64,000 nucleotides of DNA from Alphaproteobacteria bacterium (GTDB lineage: Bacteria; Pseudomonadota; Alphaproteobacteria; UBA828). Both the position numbers and the translations under genes were made by a program. Below the pieces are notes generated by a model. It ran no database searches and was not told the origin of the DNA. It was given only the letters and a program-made list of their open reading frames with translations. Every line of letters starts with the position of its first letter. The stretch's first letter is position 1. Positions 41,804 through 51,083 of the stretch are shown here, piece by piece. The stretch covers positions 832,001 to 896,000 of the forward strand of contig CBDCRW010000004.1 of NCBI GenBank assembly GCA_965221125.1, written 5' to 3'.

Positions 41804-43021
41804 ATGAGAAAAGTCGTCTCACTAGCTGCTGCCGGTGCACTCGCGCTGGGCATGGCATCGGCCGCGCCGGCGATGGCGGACGATCACGAGGTCGTCTTCG
41901 GCTTCGCGGCGTCATACTCCGGCTGGATGCAGGCCTACAGCGGGCCGTCCACCAATGCAGCGTTGATCGCGATCGACGACTGGAACGCCAAGGGCGGTCT
42001 GCTCGGCAAGCAGATCAGGCCGGTCTTCGCCGATGGCAAGACCGACCGGGCCGAGGGAGCCAAGGCCGGGATCTCGGTGATCAACGACGGCGCCGTCGCG
42101 ATGGCGGTGGACTGCGACTACGACTTCGGCGCGCCCGCCGCGCTGCAGGCGCAGAACGCGGGCATCATTTCGATCTTCCTGTGTGCGGAGAGCGTGCTCG
42201 CCGGCATTCAGGGGATCGGCAAGTACTCCTTCTCGAGCTCGATCCTGGCCGCCGTGCAGGGCGCCACGATCGCCGAGTGGGGCTACAAGGTGAAGGGCTG
42301 GCGGACCGCCTACCTGCTCCTGGATGACGTGCTCGAGTACAACAAGGGCATCTGTTATGGCTTCGACTGGATGTGGCGCGAAGTGCTGGGCGCCGAGGTC
42401 GTCGGCCACGACGTCTACCAGAACGAGGACCCGAGCATCCAGGCCCAGGTCGACCGCATCCGGGCGCTGCCCGAAGAGCCCGACATCATCGAGAACTGCA
42501 GCTACATCCCGGGCGGGGCGAGCGCGATCAAGCAGATCCGCGCGGCCGGCATCAACGCGCCCATCGGCGGCGGCAGCTCGATGACCGGGGTCTACTGGCA
42601 GGATTCGGTGCCCGGTCTCTCCGGCCACTTCGTGCCCGAACAGGCGTCGATCTACGGCGACGATCCGCGCCCGGCGGTGCAGGAGTTCCTCAAGAAGTAC
42701 GAGGCCAAGTTCGGCGAGCCGGTGAACAACCAGTACGCCTTCCCCGGCTACGTGGTCTTCGAGATGTGGGCCAAGGCCGTCGAGAAGGCCGGCACCTTCG
42801 ACTCCGACGCGGTCGTCGAGGTGCTGGAGAGCTTCCGCGAGGAGCCGGTGCTGGTCGGCACGCGGACCTTCACGGACCAGCTCCACCATCAGAACTTCGC
42901 GCCCTATCTGATCGTGGAGACCACGAACAATCAGCCGGCGGTCGTCGACTCCTGGACCATCTCGGAGCCGGTGCCCATGGATGTGCTGTTCGGCAAGCGT
43001 TACGAGTACATCGCCCGCTAG
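41804..43021 (+). CDS. ABC substrate-binding protein (LivJ/type I periplasmic binding fold)
   Basis: Signal peptide, AIDDWNAKGGLLGKQI, AVEKAGTFDSDAV; divergent from the Liv ATPase/permease operon. Confidence 0.88.
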   Translation: MRKVVSLAAAGALALGMASAAPAMADDHEVVFGFAASYSGWMQAYSGPSTNAALIAIDDWNAKGGLLGKQIRPVFADGKTDRAEGAKAGISVINDGAVAMAVDCDYDFGAPAALQAQNAGIISIFLCAESVLAGIQGIGKYSFSSSILAAVQGATIAEWGYKVKGWRTAYLLLDDVLEYNKGICYGFDWMWREVLGAEVVGHDVYQNEDPSIQAQVDRIRALPEEPDIIENCSYIPGGASAIKQIRAAGINAPIGGGSSMTGVYWQDSVPGLSGHFVPEQASIYGDDPRPAVQEFLKKYEAKFGEPVNNQYAFPGYVVFEMWAKAVEKAGTFDSDAVVEVLESFREEPVLVGTRTFTDQLHHQNFAPYLIVETTNNQPAVVDSWTISEPVPMDVLFGKRYEYIAR

Positions 43022-43222
43022 GGTGGGCTGCCGGATAGCCGGAGCTGCGGCCGCTTGGCCGCGTCCCGGCCGTTCGGGTTTCGAAGCGACGCCCCGTCCG
43101 GGCAACCGGGCGGGGCGTTTCCTTGAGCGAGAAGCGTCGCCGGCGCCGCGCGATCGAGGCGCGCGGTTGTCACCCCTGCGGCGCTTTGCGATGATCGGAG
43201 CAGGCGAGGCGGATCGAACGAC

Positions 43223-43804
43223 ATGGACACGAGCGGCGAAACAGGCGCGGGGCCCTATCTCGAAGGGCAATTGCTCGTCGCCATGCCGACGATGGCCGAT
43301 CCGCGTTTCGAGCACAGCGTCATCTACATGTGCGCCCACTCGGACGACGGCGCGATGGGCCTCGTCGTCAACAAGCTCCTCGAGTCGCTCAGCTTCTCGG
43401 ACCTTCTCGAGCAGCTCGAAATCGAGGCGGAGAGCGTGGACAAGCGCATCCGGGTGCATTTCGGCGGCCCGGTCGAATCCGCGCGGGGCTTCGTCCTCCA
43501 TTCCACCGACTACAGCCACGAAGCGACGATGCGCGTCGATGACAGCTTCGCGCTCACGGCCACGGTCGATGTGCTGAAGGCCATGGCCGAGGGCCGCGGC
43601 CCGCGCCTCAGCATGCTCGCGCTGGGCTACGCCGGCTGGGCGCCGGGTCAGCTCGACCGTGAAATTCAGGAGAACGGCTGGCTCACCGTGCCGGCGGACG
43701 AGGAGCTGGTCTTCGACGCGGCGCAGGACGGCAAGTGGGAGCGCGCCGTCGGCCGCCTCGGGTTCGACCCCGGCAACCTCTCGGGCTTCGCCGGCCGCGC
43801 CTGA
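43223..43804 (+). CDS. YqgE/AlgH family protein
   Basis: LLVAMP.MADPRF..SVIYMCAH, GGPVE..RGFVLH, LGYAGWAPGQL, GRA end. Confidence 0.93.
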   Translation: MDTSGETGAGPYLEGQLLVAMPTMADPRFEHSVIYMCAHSDDGAMGLVVNKLLESLSFSDLLEQLEIEAESVDKRIRVHFGGPVESARGFVLHSTDYSHEATMRVDDSFALTATVDVLKAMAEGRGPRLSMLALGYAGWAPGQLDREIQENGWLTVPADEELVFDAAQDGKWERAVGRLGFDPGNLSGFAGRA

Positions 43805-43813
43805 GCAGTCGGG

Positions 43814-44071
43814 CTACGCCGCCTTCTCGCTCTCGGTCTCCCGACGCGATGCAGGGCGCAAGATGTCGGTGGGCCACTCGAGGCCGGTCGGCCAGTGATC
43901 GCTCAGGTACTGGACCACGTTCTGTGCGACGCGGAGCGTGCAGCTCCGCCCCCCTTGCAGACGGGCGAAGAACTTGCCGTCTCCGGCCGCCAGGAAGCCC
44001 ACCCGCCACAGACTGACGCCGCGCGCGTCCGCGAAGCGCTGCCCAAGATCGACCAGGGACTGTTCATTCAT
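43814..44071 (-). CDS. Phage Cro-like small HTH protein
   Basis: 85 aa; VSLWRVGFLAAGDGKFFARLQGGRSCT..WP..LEWP..I.RP; divergent from an S24 repressor. Confidence 0.65.
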   Translation of the reverse strand: MNEQSLVDLGQRFADARGVSLWRVGFLAAGDGKFFARLQGGRSCTLRVAQNVVQYLSDHWPTGLEWPTDILRPASRRETESEKAA

Positions 44072-44087
44072 GCGCCCATGATAAGGC

Positions 44088-44202
44088 ACATATAACTCTG
44101 ATGACAGAGTGTATGTCCTCGATGTTTGTGACCTGCATGACGCGGCAACACTTCAATTTTTCAAGTCTGTTGCCTTCTCCGCACAAGGGAATTATCCCTT
44201 GT
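44088..44202. promoter_or_regulatory. Candidate operator region between cro-like and cI-like genes
   Basis: Palindromes ACATATAACTCTG-ATGA-CAGAGTGTATGT (44088-44116), GGCAACA..TGTTGCC, and perfect ACAAGGGA-ATTA-TCCCTTGT (44183-44202); AT-rich. Confidence 0.6.
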
Positions 44203-44205
44203 AGC

Positions 44206-45036
44206 GTGGACGATATCCTCCGAGAGATCGACGACGCGCTGCGGCGCCACGGCATTTCTGCCAGGGCGGCCTCCATTCGGGCACATGGCTCGCCCGAGCT
44301 GATCCGGGACATGCGGCGCGGCCACGTCCCGTCCGTGGAGAGGCTGCGCTCGCTCTGCGAGGCTCTCGGCCTCGAGTTCTACGTGGGACGGCCTCGAGGG
44401 CTGGAAGGCGACGATGGCGCGGGCGTGCCCGACGTTTCGCTCCACTCGCTGGAGCGGATTGCTCGGGCCTTGGCGCAGCTCACGGCGGATGCCGGCGGCA
44501 ACCCGATTGCCGACGATCTCTGGCATGCCCTTTCCGCTCGTCGCTATGGCGACTTGACGGCGGACACGGCGTCGCGCCCGGTCCGCTACCTTACCGAGCG
44601 TCCGCCACCGGCGTATGGCGGCGAGGCGCGCGAAGCGCCATCGCCCGACCTGGTTCGGTTCGACATGACGGACGGCGCCGGCAACCGGCTGTCCACGGAG
44701 GGCGACGAAGACTCGTTGTGGATGAGCCGCGCGCTGCTGGAGAAACAAGGCCTCGATCCCGCACGCTGCAGCGCCGCCCGCGTTGAAGACGACTCCATGG
44801 AGCCCACGTTTCCGAACGGGTGCGGGGTCCTGGTCGATCACACGCGCACCGATTGGCAGCCTCCCTGCATCACGGTCGTGCGCACCGACGAGCGCGCAAT
44901 CGTTAGACGCGCCGCTCTGGATGAGGACGGCCAGCGCCTCATGAGGAGCGATCATCCGGGCTGGCCCGACGTTCCCTTGCCCGACAGGGCCGAGATCGTC
45001 GGGCAGGTGCGATGGGTGAACTGGTGGATGGCCTGA
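44206..45036 (+). CDS. CI-like repressor: N-terminal HTH plus S24 peptidase-like domain
   Basis: SARAASIRAHG..IRDMRRGHVPSVERLRSLCEALGL (HTH); VEDDSMEPTF.NG..VLVD and IVGQVRW (S24); GTG start inferred. Confidence 0.8.
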   Translation: MDDILREIDDALRRHGISARAASIRAHGSPELIRDMRRGHVPSVERLRSLCEALGLEFYVGRPRGLEGDDGAGVPDVSLHSLERIARALAQLTADAGGNPIADDLWHALSARRYGDLTADTASRPVRYLTERPPPAYGGEAREAPSPDLVRFDMTDGAGNRLSTEGDEDSLWMSRALLEKQGLDPARCSAARVEDDSMEPTFPNGCGVLVDHTRTDWQPPCITVVRTDERAIVRRAALDEDGQRLMRSDHPGWPDVPLPDRAEIVGQVRWVNWWMA

Positions 45037-45136
45037 CGCAGCCCAGCGCGGCATTCGGCTGTCGGCTGCGGAGTGAATCGCGCCCCTGACGCTGGATCGC
45101 CAGGAGGGAACCCGCCTCAGGGCCGGCCAGTCGCGC

Positions 45137-45922
45137 TCAACCCTCGAAATGCACCTCCGCGGTGCCGATGGGGCCGAACTCGGCGGTTACCGTGTCGCCC
45201 GGCTGGCACTGCACCACGTCCGCAGCGCTGCCGGTGGTCACGACGTGGCCGGCTTCGAGCGCAATGCCGCGCGCGCTCAAGTGATTGGCAAGCCAGACCA
45301 TGACGTTCCACGGGTCGCCGAGGACGTTGGACCCTGCGCCTTCGCTCGCCACCTCGCCGTTTACGCGGACGATCACGGGTTGGCCGGCGAGGTCGTGGTC
45401 GAGCCCGCCCGCCGCCGCAGGCCCCAGGCAGAGCATGCGGCCGATGGCGTTGTCGCCGATCAGGTCTTCCGCGTGCATGGAGAGCCAGTCGGAGTAGCGC
45501 GAATCCGGCACCTCGATGGCGGGATGGACGCTCGCCACCGCCGCCCGCACCTCGTCCCGCGTATAGGGCGCGTCGCGCGGGGGCAGCGCGCCGCCCATGA
45601 CGAAGTCGAACTCCGCCTCGATGGCGTAGAAGTTGACCGTGTTCGCGGGCACGGTGAGCGGGCTCCCGCCCACGAAGTCGCCGAAGATGCGGCCGGAGAA
45701 CGGGGCGTCCACGCCGAAGCGCGCCTGCACTTGCGCGTTGGTGGCGCCGATCTTGTAGCCCGCGACGGCAAGCCCGGCGCTTGTCGCGAGCCCGTCCTGC
45801 ACCGCGTAGGCCTCGTCGAGCGTCCCCGGCCGGCAGTCGTCCGGCAACGCGTCGATCTGCCTGCGCCCCTGCCAGGCCTCCCAGAGCAGCGCGCCGCCGC
45901 GTTCAGCCGCCTCTCGGTCCAT
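45137..45922 (-). CDS. 2-keto-4-pentenoate hydratase-like (FAH superfamily)
   Basis: AYAVQ, GYKIGATN, IEAEF, PAIEVPDSR, VLGDP, WLANHL, VVTTGS. Confidence 0.88.
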   Translation of the reverse strand: MDREAAERGGALLWEAWQGRRQIDALPDDCRPGTLDEAYAVQDGLATSAGLAVAGYKIGATNAQVQARFGVDAPFSGRIFGDFVGGSPLTVPANTVNFYAIEAEFDFVMGGALPPRDAPYTRDEVRAAVASVHPAIEVPDSRYSDWLSMHAEDLIGDNAIGRMLCLGPAAAGGLDHDLAGQPVIVRVNGEVASEGAGSNVLGDPWNVMVWLANHLSARGIALEAGHVVTTGSAADVVQCQPGDTVTAEFGPIGTAEVHFEG

Positions 45923-45957
45923 TCGCTCTCTCCTTGACGTACCGCCTTGCTGGGCCG

Positions 45958-46707
45958 TCACGCCGCCGGGCGGCGCTTGGCGCGGGCGCCCATCAGGCGC
46001 GTGAAGTTGCGGAACAGCCGGCTGCCGTTCGCCCGCAGCGTCCCTTCTTCGCGCGCCGCCGCGGCGACCATGCGCTCGAACGCTCCGGCGCCCTGCTCGC
46101 GCTCCAGCGCTTCGACGTAGGCGGGGAAGAGCTCCGTGCCGCGCACCAGGTCCGCGTCCACCTCCATGTGGAACTGCACGCCGTACGCCCGCTCAGCCAG
46201 CCGGAACGCCTGGTTCGCGCAGGCCGGCGACGATGCGAGCAGGACTGCCTCGGGCGGCAGCGCGGTCACCGCGTTCAGGTGCCACTGCATGGTGAGCGGG
46301 GCAGGCGGCATGCCTGCAAAGAGCGGGTCGGCGATGCCCTCCGCCGTGAGCGCCACGTCGAGGATGCCGACCTCGCCCTCGTCGAGCACTCCCACGGTGC
46401 CGCCGTGGGCGTCGGCGAGCAGCTGGCAGCCGAGGCAGACGCCGAGCACCGGCATGCCGCGCGCCACCGCGTCCCGCAGCAGCGCCTTCTCGGGCCGGAG
46501 CCAGGGATGGAGGTGCTCCTCGTCGGCCTGCTGCGGCCCGCCCATGGCGAGCACGGCACCAAAGCCGTCGAGCACCGGCAGCGGCTCGCCCTGCCACGGA
46601 TCGCAGGTCTGCCAGGCGATCCCCGCCTCGTCCATCACCTCGCCGAAGACACCCGGAACGTCGATCTCCGAATGCTGGATGACGAGGACCGGCTCCTGTG
46701 CCGCCAT
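45958..46707 (-). CDS. Type 1 glutamine amidotransferase
   Basis: MGGPQ, GVCLGCQLL, QWH, GVQFHME. Confidence 0.9.
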   Translation of the reverse strand: MAAQEPVLVIQHSEIDVPGVFGEVMDEAGIAWQTCDPWQGEPLPVLDGFGAVLAMGGPQQADEEHLHPWLRPEKALLRDAVARGMPVLGVCLGCQLLADAHGGTVGVLDEGEVGILDVALTAEGIADPLFAGMPPAPLTMQWHLNAVTALPPEAVLLASSPACANQAFRLAERAYGVQFHMEVDADLVRGTELFPAYVEALEREQGAGAFERMVAAAAREEGTLRANGSRLFRNFTRLMGARAKRRPAA

Positions 46708-46709
46708 CC

Positions 46710-47852
46710 CTACCAGAGCCGGTCGGAGGCCAGCGCCGCGCCCTCGGCGAGCGTGCGGAGCTTCGCGTAGCAGATGGCCGGGTCGATCTTGCCGAAGCCC
46801 GCGAAGGTGGCGAAGCCGCAGTCGGCGCCGGCGAGCACACGCTCGCGCCCGACGATGTCGGCGAAGCGGCAGATGCGCTCCGCCACCAGCGCCGGGTGCT
46901 CGACGAAGTTCGAGACCGAGTCGATCACGCCGGGGATCAGCACCTTGTCCTCGGGCACGCCGCGCTCGGCGAAGACGCACCACTCGTGGGCGTGGCGCGG
47001 GTTCGCGGCCTCGAAGGAGATCGCCTGCGGCTTCGCCTTCATCACCACGTCGTAGATGGCATCCAGCTCGATGTCGCAGACGTGCGGCCCCTCGTAGTTG
47101 CCCCAGCACAGGTGAAGCCGCGCGGCCTCGGCGGGCACGTTCTCCAGCGCGTGGTTGAGCGCCTCCACCTGCTGCTCGGCATGGGCGACGAAGGCCTCGT
47201 CGCTCTCGTCCGAATACATGGTGTGCCGGCCCATGGCGAGGTCGGGGCAATCGAGCTGGATCACGAAGCCCGCCGCGTGGATCGCCTCGTATTCGGCCCG
47301 CATGATGTCGGCCAGCGCCTCCAGGTAGGCGTCCTCGTTCGGATAGTGGCTGTTCGGCTGGAACACCGAGATCACGCCGGGGGACGCAGCGTTCATGAAG
47401 CCCTCGGCGGCGCCCGAGCCCTCCAGCGCCGCAGCCATGTTGGCGATGTCCTTCTCCAGCGGCGCCTCGTCCTTGATGCTGATCTCGCCGGTGCACATGG
47501 CGCGCTTCAGCTTGGGCGTCTGGCCTTGCGATGCGATGCGCTGCACGTACTCGGGGTAGAGCGCGAGGTCCGCCGGCACCCGGCGCGGGCTGTCACCGGA
47601 GAAGCCGTTGAGGCGGTCCTTGATGTAGGTGGAATAGCCGATCTTGCTCATCTCGCCGTCGGAGACGACGTCGATGCCAACGTCCACCTGCTGGCGCACC
47701 ACGGCGGCGACGGCGCCCGTCATGCAGGCGTCGAAGGCGGCCGGGTCGGCGAGCGTGCCCTCCTCCTTGGCGAGCAGCATCTCGGAGACGTCGGGCGGCC
47801 GGGGCAGGCTGCCGACATGCGTGGTGAGGATGCGCTCGGTGCTGAGCTTCAT
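46710..47852 (-). CDS. Cobalamin-independent methionine synthase II (catalytic-domain-only MetE-like)
   Basis: TTHVGSLPRP, SDGE, HLCWGNYEGPH, FEAANPRH, DCGF zinc ligands. Confidence 0.9.
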   Translation of the reverse strand: MKLSTERILTTHVGSLPRPPDVSEMLLAKEEGTLADPAAFDACMTGAVAAVVRQQVDVGIDVVSDGEMSKIGYSTYIKDRLNGFSGDSPRRVPADLALYPEYVQRIASQGQTPKLKRAMCTGEISIKDEAPLEKDIANMAAALEGSGAAEGFMNAASPGVISVFQPNSHYPNEDAYLEALADIMRAEYEAIHAAGFVIQLDCPDLAMGRHTMYSDESDEAFVAHAEQQVEALNHALENVPAEAARLHLCWGNYEGPHVCDIELDAIYDVVMKAKPQAISFEAANPRHAHEWCVFAERGVPEDKVLIPGVIDSVSNFVEHPALVAERICRFADIVGRERVLAGADCGFATFAGFGKIDPAICYAKLRTLAEGAALASDRLW

Positions 47853-47991
47853 GCCGTCCTCCCTCGATCCTCCCAGCGGGACAGGCAGCGGATCGCCCGG
47901 ACTATACGCAGAAGCGGCGACGGCCGCACGCTTGACCGGCATCCTGCGCAGGCGTAACCCATCGCCGGATACCAACGGGGCCTGGCGCATC

Positions 47992-49371
47992 ATGGACGAG
48001 CGGCAACAACTCCTCGCGGCGGTCGAGGCATTCTGCGCGCGCGAGGGCATGGCGCCCACCACCTTCGGCCGCAAGGCGATGGGCGACGGGCGTTTCGTCG
48101 GCAGGCTTCGCGACGGCCGGAAGGTGCGGGAGGCGACTCTGGCGCGGGCGCGGCAGTTCCTCACGGATCACGGGGCGGCGGTCTCGAAGGGCACCGGCGC
48201 GGCGGGCGCTTCGGCAACTCAAGATACCGGGACCGACGACAGCGACGGGAAGGGCGCCTTCCGCTTCTACGACAACCGCCAAAAATACCTGATGTTCGTC
48301 AACACCTGCAGCGAGAAGTGGGCGGTGGCCGAGCGCGCAGGCCTCGAGCTCGGGCACGTCCACCCCAGGCCGCCGGCGCTCCGGGTGTTCGACGCCGGCA
48401 TGGGCGACGGCACCGTGCTCACCGGCGTCATGCGGCAGATGCACCGGCGCTTCCCGACGATGCCGTTCTACATCGTGGGCAAGGAGATATCGGTCGAGGA
48501 CGTGCGCCTCGGCCTTGAGAAGATGCCGGACCGGCTGTTCGAGCATCCGGCGACGGTGCTGGTGATGACCAACATGCATTACTCCGAGGCGCCCGCGCTG
48601 CAGCCTCGCTCCATGCAGGCGGCGTCGACACTGAACTGGATGGAGATCCCGCTCTCGGGCAACACCTCCCACGAGTTCCACGAGCAGATCGCCGACCTTC
48701 AGCCGACCCTCGCCGATACCTGGCGCGTGCGCCCGAGCCCGAAGACGGGCAATCCGCTCTATGCCCGCGCGTCGGTGCTGGTGCTCTACCGCGAGGACCA
48801 CAAGTTCCTGCTCGACCCCGTGATTCCGCGCCCCGGCCGCGCCAGCGACGGCTACGACCTAGTCATCGCCTCGCAACCCTACCGGGCGCGGATGCACGCC
48901 GACTTCAAGGTGCAGAAGGTCCTGGCGCCGCTCGCCCGCAGCCTCGGTCCTGGCGGCCGGCTGCTCTGCATCCAGTCCCACGGCGGCGATCCCGGCATGG
49001 AGATCATCCGCAGGATCTGGCCCGACGAGCACCCCTTCCAGACCGACAGACACGTGCTGCTCAAGGCGCTCAAGGCCGAGATCGGCAAGAGCCGGCGCAA
49101 CCTCAACTACAACGCCTATTCCGACCGGCGCGCGATCTTCCGCTACGACATGCACACGCTGCCGACGGAAATCGAGGGCTCCAGCATCGGCACGTCGACG
49201 CTGTTCGCGGCGTGGAACGCGGCCATCTACGTCGCCCAGATCGAGGACGCGCGGCTGGAGGGCGTGGTCGCCGACGGCTCCTACCTGGATGCCACGCGCT
49301 CGGTTCTCAGCAATCGCGGCGGGCTCTGGTTCTACGACGAATCCTTCGTGGTCTCCCGCCGCCGCGATTGA
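47992..49371 (+). CDS. Cro-like HTH fused to class I SAM-methyltransferase-like domain
   Basis: N-terminal MAPTTFGRKAMGDGRFVGRLRDGR; motif-I-like VFDAGMGDG, VGKE, YDLVIASQPY, LARSLGPGGRL. Confidence 0.65.
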   Translation: MDERQQLLAAVEAFCAREGMAPTTFGRKAMGDGRFVGRLRDGRKVREATLARARQFLTDHGAAVSKGTGAAGASATQDTGTDDSDGKGAFRFYDNRQKYLMFVNTCSEKWAVAERAGLELGHVHPRPPALRVFDAGMGDGTVLTGVMRQMHRRFPTMPFYIVGKEISVEDVRLGLEKMPDRLFEHPATVLVMTNMHYSEAPALQPRSMQAASTLNWMEIPLSGNTSHEFHEQIADLQPTLADTWRVRPSPKTGNPLYARASVLVLYREDHKFLLDPVIPRPGRASDGYDLVIASQPYRARMHADFKVQKVLAPLARSLGPGGRLLCIQSHGGDPGMEIIRRIWPDEHPFQTDRHVLLKALKAEIGKSRRNLNYNAYSDRRAIFRYDMHTLPTEIEGSSIGTSTLFAAWNAAIYVAQIEDARLEGVVADGSYLDATRSVLSNRGGLWFYDESFVVSRRRD

Positions 49372-49384
49372 CGGCTGCGTTGCG

Positions 49385-50911
49385 TCAGCGCTCCGGCACA
49401 CCGCCTTCGGCAACCCGCCGGGCCACGAAATCGTCCAGCTCTTCCTCGATGGCGGGATCGAGCGGCGGCGGCTCGTAGTCGGCGAGAAGCTGCTTCCATA
49501 TCTTCGTCGCGCGGTCGGAGGTCTCGACCGCGCCGCTGTCGCGCCAGTTCTCGAAGTTGCGCCAATCCGACAGCAGCGGCCGGTAGAAGGCGGTCTCGTA
49601 GCGCGCCATCGTGTGTTCGCAGCCAAAGAAATGACCACCGGGCCCGACTTCGGCGATGGCGTCGAGGCCCAGCTCCGCCTCGTCCGTGTCCAGCGGCTTC
49701 AGGAACTCCTGCATCATCTGGACCATTTCGGCATCGAGGATGAACTTCTCGTAGGAAGCGCAGAGCCCGCCTTCGAGCCAGCCGAAGCCGTGGTTGATGA
49801 AGTGGGCGTGACTCAGCACCACCGGCCAGAGCGACATCTGCGCCTCGTAGGCGGCCTGCGCGTCGGCGGCATTCGACGCCGTTGCGCTCGACGAGCGCCA
49901 GGGGAAGTTGTAGCGCCGCGCGAGCTGCCCGCTCGCGATGGTGGCCTTGGCGTATTCCGGCGTGCCGAAGGCGGGCGAGCCGCTCTTCATGTCCACGTTG
50001 GACGTGAAGCTGCCGTAGACCGTCGGCGCCCCGGGATTGACGCACTGCGAGAACGCGATCCCCGCCAGCGCTTCGGCATTCTGCAGCACCAGGGCGCCGG
50101 CGACGCTGACAGGCGCCATGGCACCGGCCAGCGTAAACGGGGTGTAGATGACCGGCTGGTTCAGCTCGGCCATCACGATCGCCCCCTCCAGCAGGCCCCC
50201 GTCGTAGATCAAGGGCGAGTTGGAATTGACCACCGTGTGGATCGAGGGCTGGCGCAGCAATTCCTCGCGGCTGACTCCGCGCGCGATGCGCACGATCTCG
50301 ATACCGTCCGCCATACGCGGGCCGCCGATCGCGTAGCCGAATTGGGGCTTGTCGGTGAGGCGCACCGCCGCCGAGATCGCGTGCAGGTGCCGCGTCCGCA
50401 CCTCAAGATCGGTAGGTTCCACCGGGTAGCCTGCGAGCGTGTGCACGGCGTTCAGCGCCTGGGAGAGCCGCACGAGGTTCTTGTAGTCCTCAAAATTGCC
50501 CATGACCCGGCCGCGCTCGCGATCCGACACGTTTGGCGCAGAGCCCACGGTGCCCCAGATCGCGGTGTCGCCGCCGAATTCGAGATCACGGTGGCTGGAG
50601 CGGCCGTGCAGGGTGAAGCGCGACGGCACGGTCGTGAGCTTTTCCTCGACGAAAGCGGGATCGAAACGGACGCGTTTGCCGTCCTCGCCGACCTCAGCCC
50701 CTGCCTGGCGCAGGATCTCGACGGCGCGCGGCAGTTGAAACTCCATCCCGTTGTCGCGCAGTACCCGGAGCGAGGCGTGGTGAATCGCCTCGACCTGGTC
50801 GTCCGAGATCGCCTTCATCGGGTCGTAGGGATTGCGCACCTGGCCGAACGCCAGTTGCTCGACGGCGCCCTGGGCGGCGGCTCTTCTTTCGCGGCTCCTG
50901 CCTCGTCTCAT
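49385..50911 (-). CDS. Trimethylamine methyltransferase (MttB) superfamily, non-pyrrolysine
   Basis: IHHASLRVL, NSNSPL, PFTLAGAMAP, VDMKSGSPAFGTPE, GWLEGGL.ASYEK, VGPGGHF; no internal TAG. Confidence 0.92.
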   Translation of the reverse strand: MRRGRSRERRAAAQGAVEQLAFGQVRNPYDPMKAISDDQVEAIHHASLRVLRDNGMEFQLPRAVEILRQAGAEVGEDGKRVRFDPAFVEEKLTTVPSRFTLHGRSSHRDLEFGGDTAIWGTVGSAPNVSDRERGRVMGNFEDYKNLVRLSQALNAVHTLAGYPVEPTDLEVRTRHLHAISAAVRLTDKPQFGYAIGGPRMADGIEIVRIARGVSREELLRQPSIHTVVNSNSPLIYDGGLLEGAIVMAELNQPVIYTPFTLAGAMAPVSVAGALVLQNAEALAGIAFSQCVNPGAPTVYGSFTSNVDMKSGSPAFGTPEYAKATIASGQLARRYNFPWRSSSATASNAADAQAAYEAQMSLWPVVLSHAHFINHGFGWLEGGLCASYEKFILDAEMVQMMQEFLKPLDTDEAELGLDAIAEVGPGGHFFGCEHTMARYETAFYRPLLSDWRNFENWRDSGAVETSDRATKIWKQLLADYEPPPLDPAIEEELDDFVARRVAEGGVPER

Positions 50912-51083
50912 TCGCCTTCGCTCCCGACGACGTAGCAATCGTGGCCTACGGTACGCCGCCTCGCGAGGCGCCAACCAGAGAAATCTTTTTGTGCAGGCGC
51001 CACAAGGTCGAATGCTGCCGGTTCGACGTCATGGTCCATACAACGTGTGAGATGGCGAACGAGCGTTCGGCACCCTTTCGGCG

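Noticed and set aside
43814-45036. Intact prophage
   Set aside because: No integrase, replication, packaging or structural genes flank the cI/cro-like pair.
49385-50911. Pyrrolysine recoding in MttB
   Set aside because: The frame is open with no internal TAG, and no pyl genes are present.
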